Of a stretch of DNA of 64,000 bases, positions 61,151-64,000 are shown piece after piece. Position numbers and translations under genes: made by a program. Under the pieces are notes generated by a model. The model was not told the DNA's origin. It did no database searches and worked only from the letters and a program-made list of their open reading frames with translations. The stretch is from Mobula hypostoma (lineage: Eukaryota): assembly GCF_963921235.1 (NCBI RefSeq), contig NC_086097.1, positions 116,064,001 through 116,128,000 of the forward strand. Direction: 5' to 3'. The stretch's first letter is position 1. The number at the start of each line of letters is the position of its first letter.

Positions 61151-61889
61151 ATGAAAATGTTATGCAGCTGCAATGTACAGTGGAATGCAATTACACTTTT
61201 TGCTATTAAACTTTGAAATATATTGTATATAGATGAGGAAGGAAAATGGGTATGTGGATTATAAAGCATTGAATTCAGTCAAACAATTGGTAGAAACAAA
61301 TGGTATTGTGCAGTAGAGGAAATATATCAGACTAATTATAGGGATACATGTAAATTGGAACAGACAACTGTGAGATAAAGAATATTAAAGAAATAGTACA
61401 CTTCGAGGAATTGTAACCTGGTAAAGTGTGCATGATTGCATTCATCTGAGAGGAGATCAAAATAATTAAAAATGTTTGCAGATAGGAAATTCAGATCCAG
61501 TTCACTGACTTCTACATCGTGTTCTTTTCCTGAAATTTCGTCTCTTCAACCCTCTTCTCTGCCATTCTTCCTCAGGGCTGACAAGTTGTCAATCGGTCGG
61601 TCAATCAATGTGAAGTTGATCTTGATTTTTGTTATTAACTTGAGGCTCATGGGGCTCACCGCAGTAATCAGGTGAAATAAGTGAGAGCAACATGGAGATC
61701 TGGCATTTCACAGAGACATGGGGCACAGTCACAGGCTCTTCGGCCCACCATGTGCTTTATGACCCTTATGTATTCATCTATACTAATCCTATTAACCAGC
61801 TTTATGTTTGTAGCTTACTATTCAGGTCTTCAACTGGTTGTCTTGATGTTTCTTAAATGTTGTGAAGGTCTGTCTCCAACACCTTCTCA

Positions 61890-62023
61890 CTTTGTCCTCT
61901 CTGGTTTGAAATCACAGTCTGAGGGAAGAAAATCTTCCTCGGACCTTCCTACACCTCTTTGTCCTCTCTGGATTGCAATCACAGTCTGAGGGAAGAAAAT
62001 CTTCCTCAGACCTTTCTACACAT
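61890..62023. repeat. 67-bp tandem duplication inside a decayed antisense CR1 fragment
   Basis: Units start at 61890 and 61957 (CTTTGTCCTCTCTGG.TTG.AATCACAGTCTGAGGGAAGAAAATCTTCCTC). Confidence 0.85.
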
Positions 62024-62064
62024 CAAACCTATGGTCCCTGGTCTTAGGCACCTCAGAGATTCAA

Positions 62065-62510
62065 AAGATTTAAAGGTTTAAAGTATATTTATTATCAAAG
62101 TATGTATGCAGCATACAACCCTGAATTTGTCTTCCTGCAGACAGCTACAAAATGAAGAAAACCCTGGAACCTGTTCAAAGAAAAGCATCAACCCCAACCC
62201 CACTACCAATACACAGAAAAAACAAATTGTGCAAATGGCAAAAAAGAGCAAAATAAAAAGAATATGTAACAAGAAATTGAAAGAGTTCAGATATATTCAG
62301 TACAGCTCAGTTCATTTCAGTCTAGCATGGTATTGTTTGTCATCTGCAGGCTGCCTGGATTAAAATTGCCCAAAACACCAACAAAAAAAGGAGTGACTAG
62401 AAACCAGAAACACATCATAACGTGAACTACAGAGTCCAATCCACAAAGCACATCGATTAAATCTACTCAGGACTCCGACAGCATCAAGCGAGATGGAGGG
62501 AGAGACCATG
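62065..62510 (-). mobile_element. Retroposon with a Rex1/Babar-type 3' tail
   Basis: AAAGGTTTAAAGTATATTTATTATCAAAGTATGTATGCAG tail; similar in antisense to the end of 63000-63800. Confidence 0.5.
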
Positions 62511-62519
62511 ATGTAATGT

Positions 62520-62965
62520 TTCTCATGATCTAAACTACTTATGCCTCTGTCAGTTTTGTATACTGCTATAAGTCCCTCAGACTCCTCCATTCAAAGAAAA
62601 ACAAAGCAGCTAAGCCAGTATGTTCCCTTCACTGAAACATTTGGCTCTAGGCAGTATTCCAGTGAATCTCCTTCAATTCATCTCTGATATGATCATATAC
62701 TTCCAATCATGTCATGATCATAAGTGCACACAGTCTTTCAGCAGTGGATTAACAGATGTCTGATAAGACCTCCTAGCAATAATACTTCATGCCCTGCTAA
62801 TGAAGGCAAGTATGTTAAATGCCTTCTTTGCCATGCTATCTAACTTTGCTTCCATCTTTAAGGATCGTTGGATGTGCACATTCTTAGAAATATGTCTTAC
62901 AAATATTGATCCCCCAGAATGAATCCCCTCACATTTATCCAGATTAAAATTCCATTTGTCATTGC
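62520..62965 (-). mobile_element. Old CR1 LINE fragment
   Basis: ORF 62787..63038 FNLDKCEGIH..KKAFNILAFISR. Confidence 0.7.
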
Positions 62966-62999
62966 ACTGATCGTGGAGAAGACCAACGACGGGTTGGCA

Positions 63000-63800
63000 T
63001 GGTGGTAGTGGGGCAGGGGGGGTCATGAATGACTCCATTTCAAAGCATCGAGGAAGACTAAAGGATCAAGGAAAGTGCAGAGGAGGTCAGCACCTGGAGG
63101 TCATGGGGTCAACAATGATCAGTAGCTGGCTCAGCGGTGTTCGGACCCAGTGCAGCAGTTGCTCCACAGAAGGACTAAGTTCGTGTGGCCACTCTCCAAA
63201 TGCTGAAGGGAGGACGTTTTCGATATTCTGAGATTGATGTGATTATTGGACTGTACTTTATATTGATCTCCTTCAGTTTTCAGTGTTTCCTTTCTTGTTG
63301 CCAGTTGGTGAGTGGGTTTTTGTGAGACAGCAGAGTCGGGGATTTGGGTCTGATGTTTTTTTCTGTTTGAGCGATCTGTTAGTTTGTTGTGTGTGAGAGA
63401 CGGGTGTTGGGGTTTGATATTACTGTTGCTGTTCTTTTTTGTGAGTGAGTGGGTTAGAGCTTAATATTATTGTAGCTGTTTTTACTTGCGAGGGAATTTG
63501 ATATTATTGTCATCTTTTCCTCAAGTGAGGGGGTTGGGGGTTTGGTGTTATTGTCATGATTTGTACGATGGAGGGGGTTGGGGATTTGATGTTATTTTTA
63601 CTGTTTATTTTGTGAAGGAGGGGATGGGGATTTTGAAGCCTGCGAGTTTTGTTTCTTTTTTGTGCTGGGGGTGGGGTGGGGAGTTGATGTCTTCTTTTAA
63701 TTACCATGATTTTTCTGTATTACATGGCTATCTGGAAAAGACAAATAACAAAGTTGTATTGTACTTGCATACTTTGACAATGAAATGAACCTTTGAAGCT
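63000..63800 (+). mobile_element. Retroposon with a GT-rich body and Rex1/Babar-type 3' tail
   Basis: Ends CATACTTTGACAATGAAATGAACCTTTGAA, like other LINE tails here; no coding remnant recognised. Confidence 0.45.
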
Positions 63801-64000
63801 TTGGTGTTCCTCTTGCATTTTGTGTGTGTTAAAATGGATTTCCAGCATCTGCAGAATCTCTTGTGTTTCTGAATCCCTAGGCCATTTCTGTTCAGCACGC
63901 AGTGTTGCCAAACTCTGTAATGCTAATGACTGTATTTTTACTTTGAGATACTGCATAGCAACTGGCTCTGACAGCCCCGTCAGATGGTGCCGCCCAGTTA

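Overview
Repeat-dense, non-prokaryotic DNA. The repeat families point to a cartilaginous fish, probably a ray (inference), and the window is most likely intronic or intergenic. I found no recognisable host protein-coding gene, rRNA, true tRNA gene or CRISPR array; every ORF I can recognise derives from a transposon. Contents: (1) many CR1 LINE fragments, including a long decayed copy with an ORF1 esterase and a young 5'-truncated copy. (2) Rex1/Babar-type LINE fragments. (3) An essentially full-length RTE LINE nested in the protease of an internally deleted Gypsy element. (4) A miniature Gypsy remnant and LTR-like elements. (5) Tc1 deletion derivatives and a piggyBac-type MITE. (6) tRNA-derived and RTE-derived SINEs. 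(7) Penelope-like elements carrying minimal hammerhead ribozyme motifs. (8) Two N-gaps flanking microsatellites. The best leads concern RNA and element biology rather than a new gene system: an intact minimal hammerhead at 21101-21138, a Bov-A-like non-autonomous element related to an RTE LINE in the same window, a SINE body shared between tRNA-headed and non-tRNA-headed elements, and a partial HDV-like ribozyme signature. Coordinates of degenerate fragments are approximate and family names come from motif recognition by eye.
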